Below are positions 27,756-37,101 of a stretch of 64,000 nucleotides of DNA, piece after piece (within the stretch, counting starts at the first letter, position 1; every line of letters begins with the position of its first letter). Source of the stretch: Pseudobacteriovorax sp. GTDB taxonomy: Bacteria; Bdellovibrionota_B; Oligoflexia; Oligoflexales; Oligoflexaceae. The notes below the pieces were generated by a model. The model did no database searches and was not told the origin of the DNA. It was given only the letters and a program-made list of their open reading frames with translations. Both the position numbers and the translations under genes were made by a program. The stretch lies in contig JBNKNM010000002.1 of the NCBI GenBank assembly GCA_050293845.1, positions 13,161 through 77,160 on the forward strand, written 5' to 3'.

Positions 27756-28808
27756 ATGCTAAGTCGCTCAGAACTTAAAAAATTATTTAGCGAACATGGG
27801 TTGCGATATTTAGGGTTCGTACCCCTTAAGGCTGATCATAAAAGCTTTGCAAGGTTCCAGCAATGGATATCCCAGGGATGTCATGGAGAGATGGGCTACC
27901 TCGAAAAGAATAGCCAATTTCGCTTGGACCCAGGGCAGCTCGAGCCTGGTTTAGATGGGGCTATTATTCTGGGACTGCCTTACTATCATCGTCAGAACGC
28001 TGAAGGAGCAAACATTGCGCGATATGCAGTCATGGACGATTATCATAAGTTGATGCGCCGACGAGCGGCGCGGGCTATCACGACTCTAAAGGAGCTGATA
28101 CCTCAAATAAAATCGACGCGGATCACCATTGACTCAGCACCCCTATTGGAACGCTCCTTAGCCGCTAAAACCAGGCGTGGATTCATTGGTAAAAATACCT
28201 GTTACATACACCCCGAATACGGTAGCTTTTTATTGCTGGGAGAAATTCTGCTAACAGCGGTCTCCTTTCCACAGGAAGAGCGGCATGATGTGAACCCAGC
28301 CATGCGACGTCCAGAGGGTGGCTGTGGAACTTGCAAAAGGTGCCAGGTTTTTTGCCCCACGGGCGCATTGGATCAAGATTATCGTCTAGATGCACGATTA
28401 TGTCTTGCTTACTGGACCATCGAACATCGCGGAGCGATTCCCTTAAAATTCTGGAAATATTTAAGTAAGTACTGGTTTGGTTGTGATATATGTCAGAATG
28501 TCTGCCCATATAATCGTAATCTTGAAGAGCAAGACAACGCTTTGCCACTTAAGTCTCATTTAAAAAATGTCTCTTTGGCGGCAGTAGCTACTATGGATCA
28601 GTCGTTTTATGAGGAGACTTTTGCTGCTACCCCATTGACGCGGGCCAAAAAGCAAGGCTTACAGCGCAATGCTCTTATCAGCCTTGTGGTATCGGACTCT
28701 CCTGATGTAACAGCTGTACTAAAGACTCTGAGAGCGCGCCGTGATAATCATCCTACGGTCATAGCAACGCTTGAACAAGTCGACTTGTGGTATCGCTCAA
28801 GACAGTAA
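27756..28808 (+). CDS. queG: tRNA epoxyqueuosine(34) reductase
   Basis: CGTCKRCQVFCPTGAL and GCDICQNVCPYN ferredoxin-type clusters, with C-terminal HEAT-like repeats. The ATG at 27756 follows GGAGGTG. The track start at 27678 overlaps the VOC gene. Confidence 0.88.
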   Translation: MLSRSELKKLFSEHGLRYLGFVPLKADHKSFARFQQWISQGCHGEMGYLEKNSQFRLDPGQLEPGLDGAIILGLPYYHRQNAEGANIARYAVMDDYHKLMRRRAARAITTLKELIPQIKSTRITIDSAPLLERSLAAKTRRGFIGKNTCYIHPEYGSFLLLGEILLTAVSFPQEERHDVNPAMRRPEGGCGTCKRCQVFCPTGALDQDYRLDARLCLAYWTIEHRGAIPLKFWKYLSKYWFGCDICQNVCPYNRNLEEQDNALPLKSHLKNVSLAAVATMDQSFYEETFAATPLTRAKKQGLQRNALISLVVSDSPDVTAVLKTLRARRDNHPTVIATLEQVDLWYRSRQ

Positions 28809-28819
28809 TCTCGTTGATT

Positions 28820-28847
28820 TTGAAAATGCTGACATTTTCAAATTTCT
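28820..28847 (+). terminator. Candidate intrinsic terminator after queG (AT-rich stem)
   Basis: TTGAAAATG-ctga-CATTTTCAA (9-bp stem, 28820-28841) followed by ATTTCT. The stem is weak and the U-tract imperfect. Confidence 0.35.
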
Positions 28848-28879
28848 GATAGGGATAGGGAACGAACTGTGTTTTGGGA

Positions 28880-28966
28880 TGGTGCTCAGAACTGGACTTG
28901 AACCAGCACGGCCATACGGCCACTAGCCCCTCAAGCTAGCGTGTCTACCAATTCCACCACCTGAGC
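28880..28966 (-). tRNA. leuU: tRNA-Leu (anticodon GAG), CCA encoded
   Basis: Hand-folded cloverleaf: acceptor GCTCAGG/TCTGAGC, anticodon stem CTAGC/GCTAG with loop TTGAGGG, long variable arm TGGCCGTATGGCCGT, T-arm GCTGG-TTCAAGT-CCAGT, then A-CCA. 87 nt. Confidence 0.9.
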
Positions 28967-28978
28967 AGGGAGAGAAAA

Positions 28979-29317
28979 TTACTTGGGCTCAGTATTCTCT
29001 ACGGGAGTTGCCTGAGTATCTTTGGTTTCAGTGCTTTCCTCTTGCTGAGCTGCTTGTTCGAGGCGTTCAGTCAGGCCAGTTTTGCCCGATGTACCTTGAA
29101 TGACAGACAGAGAAACACTAGTCACCATAAAAACAGCAGCAACAGCGTAAGTCATCTTTCCTAGGAAGTTTTGAGCGCCTGTGGCACCAAAGACACCCTG
29201 AGAATTGCCACCGCCGAACGCTGCACCGACACCTCCGGAGTTACCTCCTTGGATAATTATGACTAAAATCATAAATAGAGCAGCTAAAATATGTATTACT
29301 GTAATTAAGGTTTCCAT
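28979..29317 (-). CDS. secG: Preprotein translocase subunit SecG
   Basis: Two TM segments flanking the Gly-rich loop QGGNSGGVGAAFGGGNSQGVFGATGAQNFL, with a hydrophilic acidic tail. Confidence 0.9.
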   Translation of the reverse strand: METLITVIHILAALFMILVIIIQGGNSGGVGAAFGGGNSQGVFGATGAQNFLGKMTYAVAAVFMVTSVSLSVIQGTSGKTGLTERLEQAAQQEESTETKDTQATPVENTEPK

Positions 29318-29333
29318 TCATCCACCATGATAA

Positions 29334-29409
<76 letters not shown>

Positions 29410-29430
29410 ACTTCCCAAAGGGAGTTAAGT

Positions 29431-29458
29431 AATTAAATCTTTATCAATTCTAAGTCAA
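29431..29458 (-). promoter_or_regulatory. Candidate sigma70-type promoter for tRNA-Phe/secG/tRNA-Leu
   Basis: On the minus strand, TTGACT (29458-29453), a 16-nt spacer, then TTAATT (29436-29431), about 20 nt upstream of the tRNA 5' end. The -10 element is weak. Confidence 0.3.
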
Positions 29459-29596
29459 TAGCTGTTTAAGAAAAAATTGGAAATTATCGCTGCTTGGTAC
29501 GCCAGATATTATTAATCGCCGTATATAATTGGCCAAGCAGCTCACAACTTGATACTTAGGCAAGTGTAGATCAATTTTCAAGTAAAGGGATTATAG

Positions 29597-30286
29597 GTGA
29601 ATAAAACGATAAAAAAATGGGCTATTGTGTTGGTTGGACTAGCACTCATTACAGTTTTCTTTGCTACAGGAACCCACCATTATTTGACACTGGAAGCTCT
29701 TAAAGAGCAGAAGATTGCTATCGATAGTTTTTATCAATCGCATCGCTTACTGACCATGTTCCTGTACTTTACGATCTATGTTGCTGTCACTGCCTTGTCC
29801 TTACCCGGGGCAGCTATTCTCACCCTGGCTGGTGGTGCTGTGTTTGGGTTGGGGATGGGGACCGTCATCGTTTCTTTTAGCAGTACTATCGGTGCCAGCT
29901 GCGCCTTTCTTGTGGCCCGCTACCTCTTTCAAGACACGGTGCAAAATAAATTTGGCGATAAGTTAGAAACGATTAATAAGGGAATTCGTGAAGAAGGAGC
30001 CTTCTACTTGTTTACCTTGCGACTGATCCCCGCATTTCCTTTTTTCATGATTAACCTACTGATGGGAATGACCTCCATCAGACTCATAACCTTCTTCTTT
30101 GTCAGTCAAGCAGGGATGTTACCTGGCACCATCGTATATGTTAATGCAGGGACCCAGCTAGGAAAACTGAATTCCCTAAAGGATATTGGTTCCCCGGAAC
30201 TCTTAGGGTCGTTTATACTTCTTGGACTCTTCCCTTTGATTGTGAAAAAATTGATGGGGCGAGTACGTGCACAGCGATCAAAGTGA
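29597..30286 (+). CDS. TVP38/TMEM64 (DedA-related) family membrane protein
   Basis: LPGAAILTLAGGAVFG...GASCAFLVARYLF...RLIPAFPFFMINLLMG is typical of the family. GTG start. Confidence 0.8.
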   Translation: MNKTIKKWAIVLVGLALITVFFATGTHHYLTLEALKEQKIAIDSFYQSHRLLTMFLYFTIYVAVTALSLPGAAILTLAGGAVFGLGMGTVIVSFSSTIGASCAFLVARYLFQDTVQNKFGDKLETINKGIREEGAFYLFTLRLIPAFPFFMINLLMGMTSIRLITFFFVSQAGMLPGTIVYVNAGTQLGKLNSLKDIGSPELLGSFILLGLFPLIVKKLMGRVRAQRSK

Positions 30287-30294
30287 GGGGTGTG

Positions 30295-30510
30295 ATGGAA
30301 AGGCGTAGAAACGAAAGATGTCCCGTATGCCAGGGTCCTGTGAAATGGGATGATGAAAGGCTAGTTTGTCGTAATTCGTTATGTTCTTTTAATCATGAAC
30401 ACGTGGTTTGCCCGCGCTGTTCGACTAAAGGAAACAGTGAGCCATCTGGTTATAGGGATGATGAGATCGACTACATTTGTCGTGATTGTCAGTATCAGTT
30501 TTCGGGATGA
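30295..30510 (+). CDS. Small double zinc-ribbon protein (about 71 aa)
   Basis: Cys pairs CPVC, CRNSLC, CPRC and CRDC. The ATG at 30295 follows GAGGGG. The track starts at the GTG at 30283 (GTGA overlap). Confidence 0.5.
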   Translation: MERRRNERCPVCQGPVKWDDERLVCRNSLCSFNHEHVVCPRCSTKGNSEPSGYRDDEIDYICRDCQYQFSG

Positions 30511-30528
30511 AGTGATGAAGTGGTGGGT

Positions 30529-31803
30529 TTACCCACCGCCTACATTGTTAGCCATATCGAAGATGGGTAGATACATGGCAATGAGAATAAAACCAACAAT
30601 ACTGCCAATGACAATAATCATAACCGGCTCTATCATTGACATCATGGCTGCAATGGCATTATCTACTTCATCTTCGTAGATTTCCGTTACTTTTGCTAAG
30701 GTTTCATCCAGGGTCCCCGTAGACTCACCCACGGCGACCATAGAACTGACTATTTTGGGGAAAAGTGGGGAATCCTGCAAGGGGTCAGAGAAGTTTTGCC
30801 CCTTTGAAATTTCCTCTTTGACTTGAATGACAAATTCTTCAATACGCTTGTTGCCTGAAGATGAAGCGCAGATGTCAAGGGCATCGAGTATGGCCACTCC
30901 AGAACTAAGCATTGTCGACATGGTTGCGCAAAATCGACCTATAGAGATTTTCAGTATCACCTCACCCAGTATAGGAACTTTCAAGATATAAGTATCAAAA
31001 ATTTTGCGACCCTTTGCAGTGCTGTGCCAATACTTAAAAGTGATAAAGGAACCTAAAAGGCTGAGTATCCCCATGTCCCAATTTCCCATAATGAAATTTG
31101 AAGCATCCAAAACGTATTGGGTCACAGCGGGTAAGGCATTACCACTTTCTTCAAATTGTTTCGCAAAGGATGGTACGACAAAGACTAGCAAGACAGTGAT
31201 AACAATCACAGAAACAAGCAAAATAATGATCGGGTAAGTCATAGCTGATTTGACTTGAGACTTAAGCTTTGCAGATTTTTCGATATACTTGACCAACTGC
31301 TTGAGTATTATGTCAAGTTTTCCTGAGGCTTCTCCTGCACGAGTCATAGCAACATAAAGCGAATCAAATACGTTGGAATATTGATCCAATGCATCGCTCA
31401 AGTTGGAACCCTGCTCTATGGAGCTAGATATATTAGCAATAATATCTGCAAACTGCTTATTCTTCTGTTGATCCTTTAGAAGCTGTAATGCTTGAAGCAT
31501 AGGAATGCCATTTTCGATCATCAAAGAGAATTGCTTGGAAAATAAGGCTAATTCTTTGGTGTTAGGAAGATTTTCACCAATCTGAATTTGGATGCGCCCT
31601 TGTTTATCCTTGTATATAAAACGTTGGATGCCTTTGCGTGAGCTGCTACTGTGTTTGCTGTCGTCAGTGCAAACAACAACCCTTATCGGTCGCATTCTTT
31701 TGCTAGCAAGAATATTCATAGCCCTTGGTTTATTGGGAGCATGCATTTCACCAGTGATTATTTTTCCTTGCATATTCCGGGCTTTATAGGAGTATTTCGG
31801 CAT
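30529..31803 (-). CDS. pilC: Type IV pilus platform protein PilC (GspF family)
   Basis: Two GspF repeats (FSKQFSLMIENGIPMLQAL...; FCATMSTMLSSGVAILDAL...), three TM regions, C-terminal PIFDMANN. Confidence 0.9.
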   Translation of the reverse strand: MPKYSYKARNMQGKIITGEMHAPNKPRAMNILASKRMRPIRVVVCTDDSKHSSSSRKGIQRFIYKDKQGRIQIQIGENLPNTKELALFSKQFSLMIENGIPMLQALQLLKDQQKNKQFADIIANISSSIEQGSNLSDALDQYSNVFDSLYVAMTRAGEASGKLDIILKQLVKYIEKSAKLKSQVKSAMTYPIIILLVSVIVITVLLVFVVPSFAKQFEESGNALPAVTQYVLDASNFIMGNWDMGILSLLGSFITFKYWHSTAKGRKIFDTYILKVPILGEVILKISIGRFCATMSTMLSSGVAILDALDICASSSGNKRIEEFVIQVKEEISKGQNFSDPLQDSPLFPKIVSSMVAVGESTGTLDETLAKVTEIYEDEVDNAIAAMMSMIEPVMIIVIGSIVGFILIAMYLPIFDMANNVGGG

Positions 31804-31806
31804 ATG

Positions 31807-32895
31807 TTAGCCCCGCCTCATAGTGGATTTTTGAGACTTATGGATTAATTCGCTCAGCTCATCGGGATTTGTGGCGAAGGTAAGGGCCTGACTGGGAGAT
31901 AGGTAACGCTGGGAAACCATTCTTGCAATAGCTTGGTTCATTGTTTGCATTTGACTATTAGCCTGTCCCGATTGCATAGACGAGTATATCTGATTGATTT
32001 TACCTTCGGTAATAAGGGCGCTTATAGCAGGCGTTTTGACCATAATTTCCATACCTAGAGCCCGGCCCCCTTGATCTAAAGGGATCAAAATTTGACTGAA
32101 CACAGCTTCTAGGGTCATTGCCAATTGGGTTCTGATTTGCGCTTGCTGATGGGGAGGAAAGGCATCAACAAGGCGATTGATACTGGAGATAGCTGAATTC
32201 GTATGAAGCGTTCCAAAAACAAGGTGTCCGGTTTCTGCTAGGGTTAAGGCAGAAGATATGGTTTCGAGATCGCGCATTTCGCCAACCATGATAATGTCAG
32301 GGTCTTGGCGCAACACGCTTCTAAGCGCTTGGGAAAAGCTGTGGGTGTCTCCTCCGATTTCACGCTGGTTAACGATGCAGTTTTTGTGATGGTGAACAAA
32401 CTCTATGGGGTCTTCTATGGTTACAATATGACTATAGCGTGTCTCGTTGATATGATTAATAATAGCGGCTAAAGTTGTTGACTTACCTGATCCTGTTGGT
32501 CCTGTAATTAAGATTAATCCGCGATGCAAGGAACATATCTTTTCGAAGATTGGTGGCAACCCTAGTTCGAGGAATGAGTATAACTTGCTGGGAATAGAGC
32601 GAAAGGCACCGGCTATGGTGCGCGATTCCCAATAAATATTAGCACGAAAGCGGCAGAGGCTTTTTACCGAAAAAGCCAGGTCGATTTCCTTATTTTGCTC
32701 CAGAGTTTTCTTTTGGCTTTCGGTTAATACACTATAACAAAGCTCCTGGGATTCTTCAGGGGTCAAGGGAGGAAGATTTAAAGGGATAATCTGACCATCA
32801 ATGCGCAAACGCGGTGGCGAGCCAGCCGATATATGGAGATCGCTGGCTTTCTGGTCTATCAATGTTTTAAATAATTGGGGTAGAGTGTACTCCAC
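31807..32895 (-). CDS. pilT: Type IV pilus retraction ATPase PilT
   Basis: ASDLHISAGSPPRLRIDG, Walker A GPTGSGKSTT, Walker B/Asp box, the GHLVFGTLHTNSA His box, and a 362 aa PilT-size protein. Confidence 0.9.
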   Translation of the reverse strand: MEYTLPQLFKTLIDQKASDLHISAGSPPRLRIDGQIIPLNLPPLTPEESQELCYSVLTESQKKTLEQNKEIDLAFSVKSLCRFRANIYWESRTIAGAFRSIPSKLYSFLELGLPPIFEKICSLHRGLILITGPTGSGKSTTLAAIINHINETRYSHIVTIEDPIEFVHHHKNCIVNQREIGGDTHSFSQALRSVLRQDPDIIMVGEMRDLETISSALTLAETGHLVFGTLHTNSAISSINRLVDAFPPHQQAQIRTQLAMTLEAVFSQILIPLDQGGRALGMEIMVKTPAISALITEGKINQIYSSMQSGQANSQMQTMNQAIARMVSQRYLSPSQALTFATNPDELSELIHKSQKSTMRRG

Positions 32896-32898
32896 TTG

Positions 32899-34626
32899 CT
32901 ATGCAGCTCCTTTATTCCTGTTATCACTATCTGAAGCTGTGTTTTTTACCACTTCCAAAACATCGATTTCACCTTGACTCAGTTTTACGAGAGCGTTCTG
33001 TCTTAGGGTTCTCATTCCTTCTCGGATAGCGATCTCCTTGAGTACCATGGCGGGTTCTCCTCGCATAATGGCGCTACGGATCTCATCGGATATCACCATG
33101 ACTTCATGAATGGCTACTCTCCCCTTGTAACCAGTTCCACTACATTGTTCACAACCCATGCCTTTATATGTTTTGAAATTACTGACATGTTGAGGGGGGA
33201 CACCGAGTTCCAATAAATATTCAGTTTTGGAAGAGTGATCTAATGCACGGCATTTTGTGCAGATTTTCCGAGATAAGCGCTGAGCGACAATAGCATTTAG
33301 GGAGGAAATCAAATTAAAAGATTCTAGTCCCATATTCTGTAGGCGGATCACAGTATCAGCAGCAGAATTCGTATGGAGTGTTGATAGTACCAGATGTCCG
33401 GTCAATGCTGCTTTGATAGCAATTTCACCAGTCTCAAGATCACGAATCTCGCCAACCATGATAATATCGGGGTCTTGACGGAGAAAAGCACGCAATGCTG
33501 AGGCGAAAGAAAGGCCGATTTGTGAGTTGATATGCACCTGATTGATACCATCGATGGTGAACTCAACGGGGTCCTCCGCTGTCATAATATTTTCTGAGAC
33601 CTTATTGAGATCTGAAAGAGCAGAGTATAAGGTTGTAGTTTTTCCTGAACCAGTGGGTCCTGTGACCAAGACCATACCAAATGGTTTGTGAATAGCCTTT
33701 TTAAATCTTTCGAAATCATCAGATTCAAACCCTAATTTAGTCAGATCCACATTGAGGGCTGACTTGTCTAAGATCCGTAGCACAATCTTTTCGCCAAACA
33801 CGGTCGGCAGTGTATTAACCCGAAAGTCAATAGGGCGGCCTGAGATGGTGACGCTAATGTTTCCATCTTGAGGCAGTCGTTTTTCTGCAATGTTGAGGCC
33901 AGCCATGATTTTAAAACGACTGGTGATAGGGGCTTTAAATTGGGCTGGGGGACGGGCTATTTCGAGCAAAGCTCCATCGACTCGTAAGCGCACTCGTAAG
34001 AAATTCTCATAGGGCTCAAGGTGAATATCGGAAGCACCTGTAGAGACACATTGTAGCAGAATCTGATCAACAATTTGGATAACAGGACCCGATTCTTCAG
34101 AAACACCCTCGCTAATGGTAGTGCGTTTGTCGGCTTTTTGTTTTACTCCTGTTCTAAGGCTGGAAGCATTGTCCTTGCTAAGTTTGTCAATATCCATACC
34201 TTGCACCCGATAGTACCTTTCCAGGGCACGAGTAACTTGTGATTCGCTGGCAAGTACCGGCTTAGCAACAAATCCTGTTTTGAAGCGAATAAGGTCGATA
34301 AGCTTCAGGTTATGGGGGTTTTCAAGTGCTACAATAATGTTGTTGCCCACGCGGTCCAGGGGAATAATACGTGATTTGCGTGCAATATCAGTGGGTACAA
34401 GCTCAATGATGCTCTTGGGGATGTCCATGGCATCGAGATTGGCTATTTTTATCTTAAAACTATGGGAGTAGGCCCCTAGGAGCAGGCGTTCTTCAGCAGC
34501 TCCCATACGATTCAGGGCATGGACTACTAAAATTCCTTGCTTTTGCCCAAGGGCTTCCGCCTCGGCAAAAATTTGCGGAGGAACTTTTAACTGATTGATG
34601 ACAATCTCTTTAAATGAACTTTTCAC
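32899..34626 (-). CDS. pilB: Type IV pilus assembly ATPase PilB (GspE family)
   Basis: N-terminal T2SSE_N-like region, Walker A GPTGSGKTTT, GHLVLSTLHTNSA, and the tetracysteine CTKC...CEQC zinc motif. 575 aa. Confidence 0.9.
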   Translation of the reverse strand: MKSSFKEIVINQLKVPPQIFAEAEALGQKQGILVVHALNRMGAAEERLLLGAYSHSFKIKIANLDAMDIPKSIIELVPTDIARKSRIIPLDRVGNNIIVALENPHNLKLIDLIRFKTGFVAKPVLASESQVTRALERYYRVQGMDIDKLSKDNASSLRTGVKQKADKRTTISEGVSEESGPVIQIVDQILLQCVSTGASDIHLEPYENFLRVRLRVDGALLEIARPPAQFKAPITSRFKIMAGLNIAEKRLPQDGNISVTISGRPIDFRVNTLPTVFGEKIVLRILDKSALNVDLTKLGFESDDFERFKKAIHKPFGMVLVTGPTGSGKTTTLYSALSDLNKVSENIMTAEDPVEFTIDGINQVHINSQIGLSFASALRAFLRQDPDIIMVGEIRDLETGEIAIKAALTGHLVLSTLHTNSAADTVIRLQNMGLESFNLISSLNAIVAQRLSRKICTKCRALDHSSKTEYLLELGVPPQHVSNFKTYKGMGCEQCSGTGYKGRVAIHEVMVISDEIRSAIMRGEPAMVLKEIAIREGMRTLRQNALVKLSQGEIDVLEVVKNTASDSDNRNKGAA

Positions 34627-34736
34627 CGATCACCGAAGTTTAAGGTTCTTGCTCCCTGTGATCGGGATAATCTACTAAAGCTTTAACTATATCCAAGATC
34701 TGAATATATGATTATGATGGGCATCTCACATTTTGA

Positions 34737-35450
34737 CTAAATAGTATCTTCCAGATAAAACTTTTTGGGGTCAACATGAACATGGCGACTTTGCCTTAAC
34801 TGCTGTCGCGCAAGCTTATGCAGGAAGGCATCTAGCTGAAAGTCTTCCTGAGTAATGGCTTTTTTGACTTGACGTCGAATTGTACGGTAGGCTTTGTAAG
34901 GGTGAAAAATGATTCCCTTACTGAGATAATAGCGATCTTCTAGCTTATAAATATAGCTTTGAAATATGTCACTTTTAGAAATTCCGTCAAGCCGCTCATC
35001 AGGTCTTGCTGATACAGTATATTTATGGCCCTTGATAAGGCTTCTGATATTCAGTGATTGGCTTCCAATTTTAGTGACGCAAAAAACAGAATGCTCTATG
35101 GGCTCTATAGATACCTTATTGAGTCCGTCAGTATAGGAGGTGTAGGGTGTTTTTCCTTGGTAATCAGATAGTAATTCAACGGGTCTATCAAAAAGAAAAT
35201 GATCAATGAAATAACTGATGCGACTTTGGAAAAAATAATCATCGACAAAAACTTTTCCAGTTTTCCAATAGAACTGTTCTTTAGCTTTGACCAGCTGTTC
35301 AGAGCCAAAAGTCTGATATGCCCATAGTAGAAGCTTTTCGATTTCTTTTTCAACAAGGGAGTCTGTGTCACCACCTACGGCATCATCGATAGCCAGTAGT
35401 TTGTAGGTTGAGACTTTTTGGTTAACTTCTATTGTTTCAGTAGACACCAT
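34737..35450 (-). CDS. Hypothetical protein (237 aa)
   Basis: ORF overlapping the upstream ORF by 22 nt. No recognised motif. Confidence 0.45.
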   Translation of the reverse strand: MVSTETIEVNQKVSTYKLLAIDDAVGGDTDSLVEKEIEKLLLWAYQTFGSEQLVKAKEQFYWKTGKVFVDDYFFQSRISYFIDHFLFDRPVELLSDYQGKTPYTSYTDGLNKVSIEPIEHSVFCVTKIGSQSLNIRSLIKGHKYTVSARPDERLDGISKSDIFQSYIYKLEDRYYLSKGIIFHPYKAYRTIRRQVKKAITQEDFQLDAFLHKLARQQLRQSRHVHVDPKKFYLEDTI

Positions 35451-35845
35451 TCTAGAACCTTTTCTCCAAGGACAGGTATTCTAAATCGTAAGGGTACCCA
35501 AATGTACATGATTCCCTTACCACAAGCTTGCTCAAGTAGCGAAAGATGAGTGGTCTCGTTATTTTCGTCCTGATTCATTATTATGTCATCTATTGGGATA
35601 TAAATGCCATAATCTAAATAATGCTTCTGCACTTTTCTTTTGGTATCCAAGTAATTTAAGCTACTTACACTTGAAAAATCAGGAAGATTATAGGATGCAG
35701 ATACGGCAATGATTGCCGGCCGACAACTACTATAAATGGCAATTAAAATCGGTATAAGCGAAAGGATCATCCATCCTTTTTTTTTAACGCGTGAATTAAC
35801 AGCATTTAGAAATTTTCGTGGTGACCTTATTGCTTCTGATTCCAT
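35429..35845 (-). CDS. Hypothetical membrane-anchored protein (138 aa)
   Basis: A single TM (WMILSLIPILIAIYSS) after a basic N-terminus. Overlaps the adenosyltransferase gene by 19 nt. Confidence 0.4.
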   Translation of the reverse strand: MESEAIRSPRKFLNAVNSRVKKKGWMILSLIPILIAIYSSCRPAIIAVSASYNLPDFSSVSSLNYLDTKRKVQKHYLDYGIYIPIDDIIMNQDENNETTHLSLLEQACGKGIMYIWVPLRFRIPVLGEKVLEWCLLKQ

Positions 35846-36399
35846 ATAATTTCGGCAACCCTCCCCTTGTGGCTGATATAACGACTTAATACAAAGAACC
35901 AGTCGCTAAGTCTATTAAGGTATGATAGGGGCTCTTCACGGACAGGAGATTCCTGTTTTAACTGTACTGTCAATCGCTCTGCTCTGCGACAAACGGTGCG
36001 GCAAATATGAGCTAGTGAATTCGCCTTATGACCTCCCGGAAGAACAAAGTTTTTGAGTGGAGCTAAATCTTTGTTCATATCATCAATCTCCGACTCCAGC
36101 CTGGCAATAGCTGATGACTGCAGCAAATATGCTGCTGAAGGATCAAGGGAAGTTGCGGGAGTTGCCAGTTCACCACCTATATCAAACAGCTCATGCTGGA
36201 CCTGGGAAAGAAGAGGGTCAAGGCTCTGCAATGCCTCATGGGCTTTAGCCTCATCGCGCAAAAGCCCCACAAAGCTATTGAGCTCATCAATATTCCCATA
36301 GGCTTCAATGCGAATGTCATTTTTAGCTATTTTACTTCCGTCGGCTAACCGCGTAGAGCCTTTATCGCCAGTACGGGTGTAGATACGAGTAAGTCGCAC
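35827..36399 (-). CDS. PduO-type ATP:cob(I)alamin adenosyltransferase
   Basis: IYTRTGDKGSTRLADGSKIAKNDIRIEAYGNIDELNSFVG is the PduO/MMAB N-terminal signature. GTG start preceded by GGAGG. Confidence 0.88.
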   Translation of the reverse strand: MRLTRIYTRTGDKGSTRLADGSKIAKNDIRIEAYGNIDELNSFVGLLRDEAKAHEALQSLDPLLSQVQHELFDIGGELATPATSLDPSAAYLLQSSAIARLESEIDDMNKDLAPLKNFVLPGGHKANSLAHICRTVCRRAERLTVQLKQESPVREEPLSYLNRLSDWFFVLSRYISHKGRVAEIIWNQKQ

Positions 36400-36510
36400 T
36401 TGTTCCTCCGAGTGATATTTACCGAGTCTTTGTATTACTCTGCTTTTTCGGTGAGGAACAGACGTCTTATTGGCATTCTATTCTGAGATCTCATCTTATC
36501 CCGATCCAGA

Positions 36511-36807
36511 CTAGGATTCCGCGCTACGATTGACCTGATCACGCATTTTATCTGATGGGTGAAAGGTTACAACTCGCCTTGCTGAAATTTCGATTTTATC
36601 ACCAGTATGGGGATTGCGACCGGGACGGGAGCGCTTTTCCTTTACCGTCCACTTACCGAACCCTGATATTTTTACATCCTTTCCATCTTCCAGTCTAAGC
36701 TTGATCTCTTCTAGAATAATCTCAAGGATTTCTTTCGCTTCTTTGACAGGATAGCCCACCTTGTCGCGTATTAATTCGACTAGTACATCCTTGGTTAAAG
36801 TTGACAT
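36511..36807 (-). CDS. Integration host factor / HU-family DNA-binding protein
   Basis: GFGKWTVKEKRSRPGRNPHTGDKIEISARRVVTFHPS is the DNA-binding arm of IHF/HU. 98 aa. Confidence 0.85.
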   Translation of the reverse strand: MSTLTKDVLVELIRDKVGYPVKEAKEILEIILEEIKLRLEDGKDVKISGFGKWTVKEKRSRPGRNPHTGDKIEISARRVVTFHPSDKMRDQVNRSAES

Positions 36808-37030
36808 AGTGTTTCCTCCTGGTTCTGGAATCCTTGACCTAGAAATCTCAGTTCAAGTCGGAGATTTCCGAACTTACCTAAGTATATTAGCAGGTTCTTT
36901 ACAAATCGAGAAGATAACGGACGAAAAATTTTAAATATTTTTAATTAGGGTGAGAAATTAGACCAGAAAATGCAAAATCTCATGATTTTATCATTCAATA
37001 TACTCCAAGTATTTTCAGGCAGTTCATAGC

Positions 37031-37058
37031 TTGACTTGTATGAAGTGGGCTATAAAAT
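37031..37058 (+). promoter_or_regulatory. Candidate sigma70 promoter for the ABC/GldG-like operon
   Basis: TTGACT (37031-37036), a 16-nt spacer, then TAAAAT (37053-37058), about 45 nt upstream of the ATG at 37102. Confidence 0.45.
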
Positions 37059-37101
37059 ACGAGTTTATACAAATTTGAACCATTGACAGGAGATAATCGG
37101 G

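Noticed and set aside
29778-30679. 62-aa and 94-aa alternative-frame ORFs within the TVP38 gene and across the pilC 3' end
   Set aside because: They overlap well-supported genes and have no SD or family resemblance.
36400-36510. Possible SD-sequestering hairpin (GTTCCTC ... GAGGAAC) before the adenosyltransferase GTG
   Set aside because: It is only a 7-bp stem closing a loop of about 43 nt with little internal pairing, which is too weak to call a regulatory structure. It may contribute to IHF gene termination.
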